This document shows positions 1 to 9,889 of a DNA stretch of 64,000 bases, piece after piece; positions within the stretch are counted from its first letter, which is position 1, and each line of letters opens with the position of its first letter. The position numbers were made by a program, and so were the translations under genes. The notes below the pieces were generated by a model. The model was given only the letters and a program-made list of their open reading frames with translations. It made no database searches and was not told the origin of the DNA. Origin of the DNA: Proteobacteria bacterium UBA1148. Lineage in GTDB: Bacteria > Pseudomonadota > Gammaproteobacteria > Steroidobacterales > Rariloculaceae. The DNA is taken from positions 49,964-113,963 of the forward strand of contig DBZY01000049.1 of assembly GCA_002311835.1 (NCBI GenBank). Direction: 5' to 3'.

Positions 1-2
1 AC

Positions 3-209
3 GATTTCTACAGTTTTCAAGTCTTGCCAAGACTCGGGCGCCTGATCGTGGGTGACGCCGACAGCTACCGCTATCTAGCAGAATCTATCCGCGTTCATCC
101 TGATCAAGATACGTTAAAGACGATGATGGGTACTCAGGGATTTGAGCGATGCGAGTATTACAACCTGTCCGGTGGAATTGTTTCCCTGCACATCGGATTT
201 AAGTTTTAG
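3..209 (+). CDS. ubiE: Ubiquinone/menaquinone C-methyltransferase UbiE, C-terminal fragment (5' end lies outside the window)
   Basis: The open frame from nt 3 reads [68 protein letters not shown]. This closely parallels the conserved UbiE C-terminus (..[40 protein letters not shown]). It is followed by ubiJ-ubiB, as in E. coli. Confidence 0.85.
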   Translation, partial: DFYSFQVLPRLGRLIVGDADSYRYLAESIRVHPDQDTLKTMMGTQGFERCEYYNLSGGIVSLHIGFKF

Positions 210-216
210 TCAAATT

Positions 217-855
217 ATGACAAAACGATCAATAGTTGCGATAGAGCACTTGCTGAACCAACACATTCAGGAATCTTCAACTGCACAGGATCGCTTGTTT
301 GCGCTGGTAGGGCGAAGCTTAGCTATAAATATTCAGAATTTTGGCACCAATTTACGGTTGGATGCCGAACAAACCCGTCTCGGGGTTAGCATGATTAGTG
401 ACGATTCAATTGTCGCCACGACCGCCACAATCTCCGGAACGCCTTTAACATTGCTGAATCTCCTGAACGTATCAACTTTGGCAGATTTCAGAGCAGCAGG
501 TGTTGAGTTCAGTGGTGATATCCAAACTGCTGAAGCATTCGCTGAGTTATTGCGCCTTGCGCGACCAGATTTAGAAGAAGAGCTGTCCCATCTAGTAGGG
601 GACATTGTGGCTCATAAAATGGCGCGATCTGTACGACGCGTGAAAGGATGGGGTACCCGCGCCATAGATGCACTCACCATGGATACATCGGAATTTCTCC
701 AGGAGGAAATCCGTCAATTACCACCGCGAGTCGAGGTTGAAAGCTTTAGCCGAGAGGTCGAACGTCTTCGGGAGGATACTGACAGGACAGCTCAACGGGT
801 GGATAAGTTTCTCAAGGGAACCAACGGCGGGGCAACATGGGACGGCTCAGACTAG
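217..855 (+). CDS. ubiJ: Ubiquinone biosynthesis accessory factor UbiJ (SCP2-like), assigned mainly by position
   Basis: A 212-aa ORF starts at the ATG at 217, 8 nt after the ubiE stop. It sits between ubiE and ubiB, the conserved ubiE-ubiJ-ubiB order. Its C-terminal half is charged and helical, and its 3' end overlaps the ubiB start by 19 nt. Confidence 0.6.
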   Translation: MTKRSIVAIEHLLNQHIQESSTAQDRLFALVGRSLAINIQNFGTNLRLDAEQTRLGVSMISDDSIVATTATISGTPLTLLNLLNVSTLADFRAAGVEFSGDIQTAEAFAELLRLARPDLEEELSHLVGDIVAHKMARSVRRVKGWGTRAIDALTMDTSEFLQEEIRQLPPRVEVESFSREVERLREDTDRTAQRVDKFLKGTNGGATWDGSD

Positions 856-2459
856 TCTTAAGGCTGCTTGCTATTCAGCGAACGCTAATCCGGTACGGTC
901 TCGAAGAGATTGTTTGGGAGACGCATTTATTTCGTCCTGTTGGTTGGGTTTTTAAACTGATTCGCAGTCGATCACGACGTGACCCCTTAGGCACAAGAAT
1001 TCGTGAAGCATTAGAAGAACTCGGACCTATTTTCGTGAAGTTCGGTCAGGCCGTTTCAACGCGACGGGATCTTTTACCGACGGATATTGCTGACGAGCTA
1101 GCTAAGTTGCAGGATCAGGTACCACCCTTTTCTTCCGAAGAGGCGCTAAAAATCCTTGCTGACGCGTTTGGTAAAAAAGCAAATGAACTTTTTGCCGACT
1201 TCCAGCAAGAGCCTTTGGCCGCCGCGTCAGTCGCGCAGGTTCACTGTGCAACACTCCACAGCGGAGAAAGTGTGGTTGTAAAGATTCTGAGGCCGCGAGT
1301 TCGAGAATTGATTGAGCGGGATCTGACCGTGCTCTATGCTATCGCGAAACTCGCCGCACGGTACTGGTCCGACGGGCAACGCCTGAGGCCGGTAGAGGTT
1401 GTTAGTGAATTTGAGAAAACACTTCTAAAAGAGCTTGACCTAACACGTGAAGCCGCTAACGCAGCTCAGCTAAAACGCAATTTTGAAGGCTCGGACATGC
1501 TCTACGTGCCCGAGGTGTATTGGGATTACTGTCGATCCAACGTTCTTACCATGGAGCGTATATCCGCAGTCCCCATCAGTGATATCGAGGGGTTGAAGTC
1601 TGCTGGGACCGACATCCGGCGTCTTGCTGAGAATGGAGTTGTAATTTTCTTTACGCAGGTTTTTCGACACAACCTTTTTCATGCTGATATGCATCCTGGA
1701 AACATTTTCGTGGACGTGTCGAATCCAAAAAAACCTCGATATGTAGCAGTAGATTTTGGAATTGTAGGTAGCCTAAGTTCGCGAGATCAGCATTATCTTG
1801 CTGGAAATTTTCTCGCGTTTTTCAAACGAGACTATCATCGTGTCGCACGGCTTCATTTGGATTCTGGTTGGGTGCCCGCAGATACGCAGATAACAGAACT
1901 GGAAGCTGCAATTCGCGCTGTGTGTGAGCCTATCTTCAACAAGCCGTTGAAAGATATTTCATTTGGTTTGGTGTTGCTAAGGCTCTTTGATACGGCTCGT
2001 CAGTTTGACATGGAGGTACAACCACAACTCGTGTTACTACAGAAAACCCTACTAAATATCGAGGGGCTCGGGAGGCAGCTGTATCCAGATCTTGATCTGT
2101 GGGCAACTGCGCAGCCCGTTCTCCAGGAGTGGATGCAGCAACGGACCGACCCACGAGAACATCTGAAGCGGTTGCTAAATAACTGGCCTCAGATAAGTGA
2201 AGATCTCATGTTGTTGCCAGACGCGCTCTACCAGTTCGTACGTAAGGTACTCGAGGAAGTGTACGAAGAAAAGGCCCTCAAGTCCGAACTTAAAAATTTG
2301 CCAATCCGTAAAGCTTTTACTCTGAGTGGTGGACTCTTAGCCGGCGCCGTGCTTCTACTGGCTGGAGTGTTGTGGATCGGGCTTGAAGCGACACCTACCT
2401 GGTTTGGCTGGGGCCCTGTCGCGGCTGGCCTAGCTTTGACGTTTCGAGCTGGTCGCTGA
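837..2459 (+). CDS. ubiB: Ubiquinone biosynthesis regulatory protein kinase UbiB (ABC1 family)
   Basis: 540 aa. It carries the ABC1 signature LGPIFVKFGQAVSTRRDLLPTDIADELAKLQDQVPPF and the kinase-like motif HADMHPGNIF. Two hydrophobic helices lie at the C-terminus. Confidence 0.9.
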   Translation: MGRLRLVLRLLAIQRTLIRYGLEEIVWETHLFRPVGWVFKLIRSRSRRDPLGTRIREALEELGPIFVKFGQAVSTRRDLLPTDIADELAKLQDQVPPFSSEEALKILADAFGKKANELFADFQQEPLAAASVAQVHCATLHSGESVVVKILRPRVRELIERDLTVLYAIAKLAARYWSDGQRLRPVEVVSEFEKTLLKELDLTREAANAAQLKRNFEGSDMLYVPEVYWDYCRSNVLTMERISAVPISDIEGLKSAGTDIRRLAENGVVIFFTQVFRHNLFHADMHPGNIFVDVSNPKKPRYVAVDFGIVGSLSSRDQHYLAGNFLAFFKRDYHRVARLHLDSGWVPADTQITELEAAIRAVCEPIFNKPLKDISFGLVLLRLFDTARQFDMEVQPQLVLLQKTLLNIEGLGRQLYPDLDLWATAQPVLQEWMQQRTDPREHLKRLLNNWPQISEDLMLLPDALYQFVRKVLEEVYEEKALKSELKNLPIRKAFTLSGGLLAGAVLLLAGVLWIGLEATPTWFGWGPVAAGLALTFRAGR

Positions 2460-2469
2460 AGCGGATTCA

Positions 2470-3675
2470 GTGAACGATCACAAAGAATTGCCCTTAGGCG
2501 AGTTCGTCTCGCTTATGGCCATGCTTACGTCTCTGGTTGCGTTGTCAATCGATGCCATGCTTCCAGCATTGTCCGATATTGGCAGGGAACTTGGTGTGCA
2601 GCGACAGAACGATAACCAGTTAATCATCTCTGCATTGTTTCTGGGTGTTGCGTTAGGGCAATTAGTTTATGGCCCTCTATCTGATCGAATTGGCCGCAAA
2701 CCTGGAATCTATGCGGGTCTCACCCTATTCATTTTAGGCTGCCTTCTCTCGGTTATTTCCTGGAATTACTCCGTCATGCTTTGTGGTCGTTTTCTTCAGG
2801 GATTCGGTGCCGCTGGGCCTCGTATCGTAACCATGGCGCTGATACGAGATCGTTGTAAGGGGCGCGAGATGGCTAGAATCACGTCATTCGTGATTACCAT
2901 TTTTGTGATTGTTCCAACAGTTGCGCCGGCCCTGGGGCAAGCAGTTTTGTTGGTTGCAAACTGGCGGATGATTTTTGGCCTCCTGCTTGTGCTTTCGATA
3001 ATTGCATTCATTTGGTTCGGCATACGTCAACCCGAGAGCCTACCACCTAGTCGTCGCACCCAACTCGCACTAGGGACAATGGCTAAGGCTGTAAAAGAGG
3101 TATGTTTAAATCGCACCGCTTTGGGATACGCTTTGGCTGCTGGGCTCGTCTTCGGGGCATTCCTGGGCTACTTGAATTCAGCGCAGCAGATATTTCAGAT
3201 CCAGTTTGACCTAGGGGGGCTGTTCCCCGTTTATTTTGGTGTACTTTCAGTCTCTTTTGGGGCTGCCTCCTATACAAATGCACGCTTGGTCATGCGATAT
3301 GGCATGCGCACTCTTTCGTGGCGAAGTCTGCAAGCGTTGTGCGTTCTGTCTGCGGTCTTTTTTGCATTTTCAGTAATGATTCAAGGTCAACCACCGCTTT
3401 GGACAGTGATGGCATGGGGTGCCACCACTTTTTTCTGTGTAGGTATGGTATTTGGGAACTTCAATGCGATGGCCATGGAGCCGTTCGGTCAACGGACGGG
3501 GCTAGCCGCCGCTATCATCGGGTCGTTTACGACCCTAATTGCGGGGGTGCTCGGGGGACTTATTGGTCAGCTGTACAATGGCACAGTACTCCCGCTGATT
3601 GGAGGTTTCGCTGTCCTTGGGGCAGGGGCGCTTGGTGCTATGTACTGGACTGAATTGGCTTCTCAAGGACGTTAG
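2470..3675 (+). CDS. MFS transporter, Bcr/CflA-type drug resistance family
   Basis: 401 aa and about 12 hydrophobic segments. The MFS motif GPLSDRIGRKP follows TM2, and the N-terminal pattern (SIDAMLPALSDIGRELGV) is typical of Bcr/CflA. It uses a GTG start. Confidence 0.75.
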   Translation: MNDHKELPLGEFVSLMAMLTSLVALSIDAMLPALSDIGRELGVQRQNDNQLIISALFLGVALGQLVYGPLSDRIGRKPGIYAGLTLFILGCLLSVISWNYSVMLCGRFLQGFGAAGPRIVTMALIRDRCKGREMARITSFVITIFVIVPTVAPALGQAVLLVANWRMIFGLLLVLSIIAFIWFGIRQPESLPPSRRTQLALGTMAKAVKEVCLNRTALGYALAAGLVFGAFLGYLNSAQQIFQIQFDLGGLFPVYFGVLSVSFGAASYTNARLVMRYGMRTLSWRSLQALCVLSAVFFAFSVMIQGQPPLWTVMAWGATTFFCVGMVFGNFNAMAMEPFGQRTGLAAAIIGSFTTLIAGVLGGLIGQLYNGTVLPLIGGFAVLGAGALGAMYWTELASQGR

Positions 3676-4424
3676 CTGGGTTCGCCAACACTCGACTCAT
3701 CACCCAGATTTCTCATAGTAGCTACAACAAGTCTAATTACTTTTTCGACAACAGACTCATCCATACCGCGCACGACTAGATTAGCCCCATAGCAGCCATC
3801 TCGAAAGAAAGGATAGCTGCCTATTTCGACTGTCGAGTATTTCAGAGCAAGGTCTTCTAAGGGTTGCGCGATGTCCCCCTCGGGCAAGAATACGTCGACG
3901 TTTCGGGAGTAAATGGATCCGCCAACCCCTAGGTCGTCTGCAAAGGTGGAGAACATAGCTCGTGCTACGCTTGGGACTCCTGCCAGGACGAACACATTTT
4001 CAACCCTAAATCCTGGGGCATTACTTAAAGAATTGTCGATTAGACTAGCTCCCTCTGGTACATGAGCCATCTTAAGCCTTGCCGGGTTGAGGGCGCGCCC
4101 ACTGCGACTCAGACATGTAACCGCATCCTCGTCAAGTACTAGATGGCGATTAAAGGCTGTGGCGATACACTCCGCTGTGATGTCATCATGAGTGGGACCA
4201 ATGCCGCCCGTGGTGATCACGTAGGTATATTTGGCCCTACATTCATTGAGTGCGTTGATAATCTCGGTTTTGTCATCAGGCAATACACGTGCTTCTGCCA
4301 GGCGAACACCACGCTGTGCGAGTTCAGAGCCAAGAAATCGAAGGTTCGTATCTTGCGTCTTACCGGACAATATTTCGTTGCCGATGATTAGAACACACGC
4401 TGTATTTGGTGAATCATTACTCAT
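3672..4424 (-). CDS. CinA-like / MoCF-biosynthesis (molybdopterin-binding) domain protein
   Basis: 250 aa. It contains IIGNEILSGKTQDTN and TTGGIGPTHDDIT, the hallmark of the MoaB/MogA/CinA N-terminal fold. No C-terminal PncC deamidase domain is present. Confidence 0.65.
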   Translation of the reverse strand: MSNDSPNTACVLIIGNEILSGKTQDTNLRFLGSELAQRGVRLAEARVLPDDKTEIINALNECRAKYTYVITTGGIGPTHDDITAECIATAFNRHLVLDEDAVTCLSRSGRALNPARLKMAHVPEGASLIDNSLSNAPGFRVENVFVLAGVPSVARAMFSTFADDLGVGGSIYSRNVDVFLPEGDIAQPLEDLALKYSTVEIGSYPFFRDGCYGANLVVRGMDESVVEKVIRLVVATMRNLGDESSVGEPS

Positions 4425-4462
4425 AGGGACTCATTTATGGTTGTCCGTTGAAAAGGTGATCC

Positions 4463-4780
4463 TCACCCGACCGGGATGTCGGCACCACCGCACTGCCAGC
4501 AGAGGGCAAACTGCCCCTCATTACTTTCTCCACACAGAGTACACCGCCATTCTTCACATTCCGCTGGGGCATTTTTTACAGCCCCTAGCACAGCCTCGGC
4601 GCGTGCTAGATCTTCATCTCGTGTCACCCATAGTTCTGGTAGACAGTCGAGAAAGGGGATTTCACCCAACCCTCCGGAAAGCTGATCATTTCTTATGAAA
4701 CAGGTAATCGCAGATTGCTCAAGAAGATTTTTCAAATGCCCAACATAAGCCAGTGACTCATGCGTGACTAGTCTCTTCAT
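4463..4780 (-). CDS. DUF2007-type (PII-like fold) small protein with a C-terminal CxxC...CxxC zinc ribbon
   Basis: 105 aa. The N-terminus (MKRLVTHESLAYVGHLKNLLEQSAITCFIRND...ELWVTRDEDLARAEAVL) fits the DUF2007 pattern. The C-terminus is WRCTLCGESNEGQFALCWQCG. The gene starts 16 nt after the trpA stop. Confidence 0.5.
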   Translation of the reverse strand: MKRLVTHESLAYVGHLKNLLEQSAITCFIRNDQLSGGLGEIPFLDCLPELWVTRDEDLARAEAVLGAVKNAPAECEEWRCTLCGESNEGQFALCWQCGGADIPVG

Positions 4781-4796
4781 AGGGAGTTAGCTCGTT

Positions 4797-5558
4797 TCAC
4801 AGACGCAATTCTTTAAGAAAAGCTGCCGCACTCTCGCCCCTCTCTAAGGCTTCGATCAATGCTGAACCAACGATAACGCCGTCGGTGTACTGGTTGATCA
4901 GTTTTACCTGTTCGCGCTCTCTAACCCCGAAGCCAGCACACACCGGTACTTGGGCTGCTGCTTTTACAGTGCCCAAATATTCTGCTAGCTCAAGAGGTAA
5001 CTCAGTTTTCCCACCGGTAATGCCGGTGCGTGTTACGGCATATACAAATCCTTGGCTCATTTTACACAGTTGTGTAAGGCGCCCAGACGGTGTCGCTGGT
5101 GTGACGAGCTGCACGAGAGCCAGGCCATGTGTATCCAGACAGTCTTTCAAAGGAGCGCTTTCCTCGTAGGGTAGGTCGGGAACGATAAAACCGCTCACGC
5201 GGACCTCGTTTGCCCGTGCCGCTAATTTATCGAAGCCAAACGCAAGCAATGGGTTCAAATAACTCATCAACAAAATCGGTGCCGCGGGTTTAGTCTTTCT
5301 GGCAGCAAGCTGATCCAATATCCAGCGCAAGCTGATACCTTTCTTAATCGCTGCTTGACTTGAACGCTGGATCGTTACTCCATCCGCCATGGGATCTGTG
5401 AAGGGGACGCCTATTTCTACCGCATCAGCGACGCCCTCAACCTCCTCGAGGATCTGAAGAAAGCGTTCGGGTTCTGGATAGCCCGCAGTTAAAAATGCTA
5501 CGAGTGCCGATCCGTTTGCTTGCTCCAAGGCGTGGCGAAGTACTTCATGCGGCTGCAT
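4797..5558 (-). CDS. trpA: Tryptophan synthase alpha chain
   Basis: It contains VAFLTAGYP...EIGVPFTDPMADG and ...YAVTRTGITG. I chose the ATG at 5558 because GAGGAGG lies 7 nt upstream and the N-terminal length then matches E. coli TrpA. This start overlaps the trpB 3' end by 14 nt. Confidence 0.9.
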   Translation of the reverse strand: MQPHEVLRHALEQANGSALVAFLTAGYPEPERFLQILEEVEGVADAVEIGVPFTDPMADGVTIQRSSQAAIKKGISLRWILDQLAARKTKPAAPILLMSYLNPLLAFGFDKLAARANEVRVSGFIVPDLPYEESAPLKDCLDTHGLALVQLVTPATPSGRLTQLCKMSQGFVYAVTRTGITGGKTELPLELAEYLGTVKAAAQVPVCAGFGVREREQVKLINQYTDGVIVGSALIEALERGESAAAFLKELRL

Positions 5559-6813
5559 TAACAGCCTCCTCACCATTTCTGCGGTTTCCAACGGGATATT
5601 GGCTCAGGATTGGCATGTCCTTGTCGCCACGGCCAGAAAGCCCTATGAGAATCCTGGTGCCCTGATTCGATGCAGCCCAACGACGAGCCCCAGCAATAGC
5701 GTGCGCGGTTTCGAGTGCGGGCAAAATTCCCTCCAATGCGCAGCACTCAGCCAGAGCGTCCAACGCTTCCGAGTCGCTGGCAGTGACATACTCGACTCTG
5801 CCTATCATTTTTAACAGAGAATGCTCAGGACCGACCCCTGGGTAATCCAACCCTGCGGAGACTGAGTGTGTTTCCTGTATCTGGCCGTCATCATCGTAGA
5901 GCAACATACTATGTGCGCCGTGTAACACACCGGGCCGTCCCGCGCTCAAAGTGGCGGAGTGATCACCCAGCGTTTCTCCTCGGCCACCGGCCTCAACACC
6001 GAAAAGTTGCACGTTTTCATCTGCCAGAAACGCATAAAATAAGCCGATAGCGTTTGATCCACCACCAACGCATGCGAAAGCTGCGTCTGGGAGATCAGCA
6101 TATTTTCTGATCTGTGCTCTCGCCTCGTGACCGATCACTGCTTGAAGCTCGCGAACCAAATATGGATAGGGATGAGGGCCAACGGCGGAGCCCAATAGAT
6201 AGTAGGTTTCGATCGGGTCGGAGACCCAATCTCGGATGGCTTCATCAATAGCTGCTCGCAGCGTGCAGTCGCCAGAGGTTACGGGGATCACAGTGGCCCC
6301 CAGCCGTTCCATACGATCGACATTTGGTGATTGGCGAGCGACATCAATTTCACCCATATAGACAACACATGGTAGGCCCACGCGCGCGCATGCCGCAGCG
6401 GACGCAACACCATGTTGACCCGCACCTGTCTCGGCGACGATTCGAGTTGCGCCGAGGGCTTCGGCTAGTAGAGCCTGACCAATGGCGTTGTTGATTTTGT
6501 GAGCACCAGTATGGGCTAGGTCCTCGCGCTTGAACCAAACTTCAGCACCCCACTCTTTGGAAAGTCTGGGTGCTGGTGTTAGGGAAGTTGGTCGTCCAAC
6601 CCAGTCTCTCAACTCCGATCCTAGGCGGTTTTTGAACGCCTTTTCAGGAAGTAATCGATACACCCCTTCAGTGAGACGATTGATTGCCGGCATCAATGTC
6701 TCTGGAACATAGCGTCCTCCAAAAGGTCCAAATCGGCCTTCAGCATCAGGAAGTTTACCGTTCAGAAGTGCCTGGAGAAGTGTTTCGTGCTGGGCTGCTT
6801 CATCTGGCGCCAT
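5545..6813 (-). CDS. trpB: Tryptophan synthase beta chain
   Basis: It shows GRFGPFGGRYVPETL, the PLP-lysine context HTGAHKINN, and GGGSNAIG. I chose the start at 6813 (GGAGA 6 nt upstream). The longer ORF-track N-terminus has no homology pattern. Confidence 0.92.
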   Translation of the reverse strand: MAPDEAAQHETLLQALLNGKLPDAEGRFGPFGGRYVPETLMPAINRLTEGVYRLLPEKAFKNRLGSELRDWVGRPTSLTPAPRLSKEWGAEVWFKREDLAHTGAHKINNAIGQALLAEALGATRIVAETGAGQHGVASAAACARVGLPCVVYMGEIDVARQSPNVDRMERLGATVIPVTSGDCTLRAAIDEAIRDWVSDPIETYYLLGSAVGPHPYPYLVRELQAVIGHEARAQIRKYADLPDAAFACVGGGSNAIGLFYAFLADENVQLFGVEAGGRGETLGDHSATLSAGRPGVLHGAHSMLLYDDDGQIQETHSVSAGLDYPGVGPEHSLLKMIGRVEYVTASDSEALDALAECCALEGILPALETAHAIAGARRWAASNQGTRILIGLSGRGDKDMPILSQYPVGNRRNGEEAVNAAA

Positions 6814-7399
6814 CGTTATTCTCCATTGACCGGATGCGGGCAATAAATCCTCTGATTTTCTTTTGATCCTTGATGCCTCTGGCAGACTCCACGCCACTGG
6901 ATACATCAACACCCCAAGGTTTCACAGATTGAACCGCTGTCACTATGTTGCTGCTATTCAAACCGCCTGCGAGGATGACTCGCGTTTTCATTGCCATCCA
7001 TGCGGCTTCCTGCCAGTCGGCTTTCTCGCCACTTCCACTACGGGGGCTTTCAAATAGCATACGCGCTGGCCATTTATCTACACTAGGATTCAAGCGCGCT
7101 CGAAACACTGGTAAGGGTTTGCAATCTTCCAGATCAAGTTCGTCGAAATCCTCGGTATCGGTCTGCAACCAGTCAGGCGCAAACACGGTTCTGACCCTGG
7201 TCCATTCCTCCACGGTTGGATGGTGCATAACAGCAACCCTAATGATGTCATCTCGCACATTACGACAAAGGGCGTGTGCTAAGTCCGAGCTCACCTGTCT
7301 CGGTGAGGGCGCGAACACAAACCCCAACGCGTCGGCGCCTGCTGCAACGGATGTCTCTACTGCTTCCGAGGTGCTTAGACCACAAATCTTTACGAACAC
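6800..7399 (-). CDS. trpF: Phosphoribosylanthranilate isomerase
   Basis: The N-terminus reads (M)FVKICGLSTSEAVETSVAAGADALGFVF.PSPRQV and the C-terminus has VDVSSGVE. It uses a GTG start that overlaps the trpC stop. Confidence 0.85.
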   Translation of the reverse strand: MFVKICGLSTSEAVETSVAAGADALGFVFAPSPRQVSSDLAHALCRNVRDDIIRVAVMHHPTVEEWTRVRTVFAPDWLQTDTEDFDELDLEDCKPLPVFRARLNPSVDKWPARMLFESPRSGSGEKADWQEAAWMAMKTRVILAGGLNSSNIVTAVQSVKPWGVDVSSGVESARGIKDQKKIRGFIARIRSMENNDGAR

Positions 7400-8253
7400 G
7401 ATACTTCCCTCACCGTCTCTACACCGGCGTTCTTAAGAGAAACTAGTTCGCGAGCCGCGTCGGTCGAGCGCATCAGTGCTGATCCGATTAAAGCGGCGCG
7501 GTAACCTAACTTTGCAACGGTTATTACGTCAGCTGGTTCTTTGATGCCACTCTCCGCAACTGCTGGGAGGTCTGGCGGCAAATGGGTTGCGAGCTTTTGG
7601 AAACGATCAAAGTTGATTTCGAGATTTTTTAGATCTCTGCAGTTAACGCCGCATAGGATTGGGGCGGGAGAATGATCTGAGATTTTGAGTGAGCATATTC
7701 GCTCTAAATCTCGCTCATCAAAACCCTCCAGTAGAACGAACATTCCATATTCCATAGCGCTGTCAAGCAGTGCGGTGATTTGAGAATCACTCAACATGGT
7801 GATGATCACTAGAACCCCACTGGCACCTGCGATTCGTGCCTCAAGGACCTGGTAAGGATCAGTCAAAAAATCTTTGCGCATTACTGGAATTCTGTGGTCC
7901 ATGAGAGAAGCCGTTACTTCGCTTAGGTCCCTTAGACTGCCGCTGAATTCATCCGGCTCCGTCAACACAGAGACCGCGTTGGCGCCACCTGATGCATATG
8001 CGGCGATTTGAGTGTCGCGGTCAAACTGTTTGCCCGTCAGTGCGCCTCCAGCTGGCGAGCGCATCTTAAGTTCCGCGATAATGTTGAAGTCATCTAGAAC
8101 AAGTGGCGGCGGCGTTGGTGCTGTCAACGCTCGTTGCACGAGTTGACCCTCCGAATTCCGGGCACGTGCTTCCTTGACGCGCTTGTGGCTGGCCTGGGCC
8201 ATACGATCTAGGAAATAGCTGGTACTCATTTTGTCCGTACCACCATACTTCAT
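7390..8253 (-). CDS. trpC: Indole-3-glycerol-phosphate synthase
   Basis: It contains IIAELKMRSPAGG, AVSVLTEPDEF.GS, RKDFL.DPYQV.EAR..GA and LLE. Its start forms a TAATG overlap with the trpD stop. Confidence 0.88.
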   Translation of the reverse strand: MKYGGTDKMSTSYFLDRMAQASHKRVKEARARNSEGQLVQRALTAPTPPPLVLDDFNIIAELKMRSPAGGALTGKQFDRDTQIAAYASGGANAVSVLTEPDEFSGSLRDLSEVTASLMDHRIPVMRKDFLTDPYQVLEARIAGASGVLVIITMLSDSQITALLDSAMEYGMFVLLEGFDERDLERICSLKISDHSPAPILCGVNCRDLKNLEINFDRFQKLATHLPPDLPAVAESGIKEPADVITVAKLGYRAALIGSALMRSTDAARELVSLKNAGVETVREVSCS

Positions 8254-9284
8254 TACGCCAGCCCCATCCCGACAGACTCGAGCTGTTTGATGAACCGTGC
8301 GCCTATGCCATCATTCAATATCTCGCGCGCGCGCGTTACACCACTCTGTGGGTTTGTAACTTCTCCAGTAACCTCCAATGCGAGTGCTGCTCCGAGAATT
8401 AATGCTTCACGGTGAGCAAGGGTATCTCCGCCGCACAAGGCGTTGCGTAACCGAACAGCATTCTCCTCTGGCTCGCCGCCTTCAAGGTCTTCGGCTGAGC
8501 AGCGGGTGAGCCCATAGTCTGCTGGATCGCGGACTGTTCTCTCAACTGAACCGGGGCGAACATCGAAACACAGAAAAGGGCCAACCGGCGTTGGCTCATC
8601 CCACCCCGGTGCTCCGTGGATGACTAGGCTACGCTCGGCATTCATACCTGATAGCGTGTGTGCCATTAGTTCTGCCATCGATTCGCTAAAAGCTCCAATG
8701 ACATGAAAAGCAGGTCGCGCCGGGTTTGTTAATGGTCCCAGGATGTTGAAGACTGTCCGAACACCTAATGCCGTACGTACCGGTGCAATAGCCTTCATTG
8801 CGGGGTGATAGTAAGGGGCGAAAAGAAATGTGAAGCCCAACGCCTCCAAACAAGCCGCGGTTTGTTGATTGTCTAACGGTATGGGTAGCCCTAGCGCTTG
8901 TAGCACGTCAGCGCTGCCGGAGCGACTCGAGATCGAACGGTTTCCGTGTTTCAGTACCTTTGCACCACAGGCGGCTGCTAACAGGGCGCTGCCCGTTGAG
9001 AGGTTCAGACTCCCCGAGCTATCTCCTCCGGTGCCAACAATATCCACATAAGATTCACCCTCGGGGATAGGAGGTTGAACTGCCAGTTCTCGCATGGCTA
9101 GAGCAAATCCCCTAATTTCAGCGGCTACCTCCCCTTTTGAGCGCAACGCGATGAGTAATCCCCCGACCAATGGAGCGGGCAAATCTCCGCTAGCCATCTC
9201 GCGCAATATGGAAGCGGATTCTTCCTCGGTAAGGTTGGTTCCCGCTAAAATTTTTTCAAGCATTTTGACAGCTTGTGAACTCAT
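8253..9284 (-). CDS. trpD: Anthranilate phosphoribosyltransferase
   Basis: It carries [23 protein letters not shown] and [10 protein letters not shown]. An ATGA overlap joins it to the trpG stop. Confidence 0.9.
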   Translation of the reverse strand: MSSQAVKMLEKILAGTNLTEEESASILREMASGDLPAPLVGGLLIALRSKGEVAAEIRGFALAMRELAVQPPIPEGESYVDIVGTGGDSSGSLNLSTGSALLAAACGAKVLKHGNRSISSRSGSADVLQALGLPIPLDNQQTAACLEALGFTFLFAPYYHPAMKAIAPVRTALGVRTVFNILGPLTNPARPAFHVIGAFSESMAELMAHTLSGMNAERSLVIHGAPGWDEPTPVGPFLCFDVRPGSVERTVRDPADYGLTRCSAEDLEGGEPEENAVRLRNALCGGDTLAHREALILGAALALEVTGEVTNPQSGVTRAREILNDGIGARFIKQLESVGMGLA

Positions 9285-9889
9285 TTTTGTCCCCCACCGG
9301 CTTTCACCGCGTTCCGTTCCGGGTAGAGAAAATTTTCAAGTAATGTTGGTCCATCCGGTGTCAGGATACTCTCCGGATGGAACTGTACGCCTTCCACGGG
9401 CAACACTTTATGGCGGACGCCCATGATTTCACCCTCCTCTGTTCTGGCGGTTACTTGTAAAACGTCAGGTATTTGTTCCCGGTGCGCCGCAAGGGAGTGA
9501 TAGCGTCCGGCATTGAAAGGATTGGGGAGTGTTCTATATAAAGTTTCGCCATCGTGGTCTACTCGGGAAGTTTTTCCGTGCATCAGCATGCCTGCTGCCA
9601 CAATCTCCCCGCCGAAGTGCTCGACTATACATTGGTGTCCAAGACAGACACCGAGCACGGGGATTTCCCCTGCAAAGTTGTCAATCATCGCGAGCGACAC
9701 CCCAGCATCGGATGGGCGGCCTGGACCAGGAGAGATCACTAAGTGGGTTGGGTCTATTTTTGTGGCTGCAGTTATGCCTATCGCGTCGTTACGGTGTACT
9801 GATACCCTCGCTTCAAGAATCAGAAAGGCCTGCACCAGGTTGTAGGTGAAGGAATCATAGTTATCTATCAAAAGAAGCCGTGCGCTCAC
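9281..9889 (-). CDS. trpG: Anthranilate synthase component II (glutamine amidotransferase)
   Basis: It contains [13 protein letters not shown], the catalytic GVCLGHQ, and FHPES. A GTGA overlap joins it to the trpE stop. Confidence 0.9.
   Translation of the reverse strand: MSARLLLIDNYDSFTYNLVQAFLILEARVSVHRNDAIGITAATKIDPTHLVISPGPGRPSDAGVSLAMIDNFAGEIPVLGVCLGHQCIVEHFGGEIVAAGMLMHGKTSRVDHDGETLYRTLPNPFNAGRYHSLAAHREQIPDVLQVTARTEEGEIMGVRHKVLPVEGVQFHPESILTPDGPTLLENFLYPERNAVKAGGGQK

Noticed and set aside
4395-4425. A LexA-box-like CTGT motif near the start of the CinA-like gene.
   Set aside because: The sequence is CTGTATTTGGTGAATC and lacks the required ACAG half-site 8 nt downstream, so it is not an SOS box.
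5545-6912. N-terminal extensions suggested by the ORF track. These affect trpB (to 6912), ppc (from 15234), prpD (from 19794), rph (to 38473), rpmE (to 36736), tesA (from 24682), ybbA (to 25013), bioC-like (from 47438) and recG (from 43159).
   Set aside because: The extra residues overlap neighbouring genes or non-coding DNA and lack the conserved N-terminal patterns of the families. Internal starts give canonical N-termini, often with a visible Shine-Dalgarno sequence or a coupling overlap.
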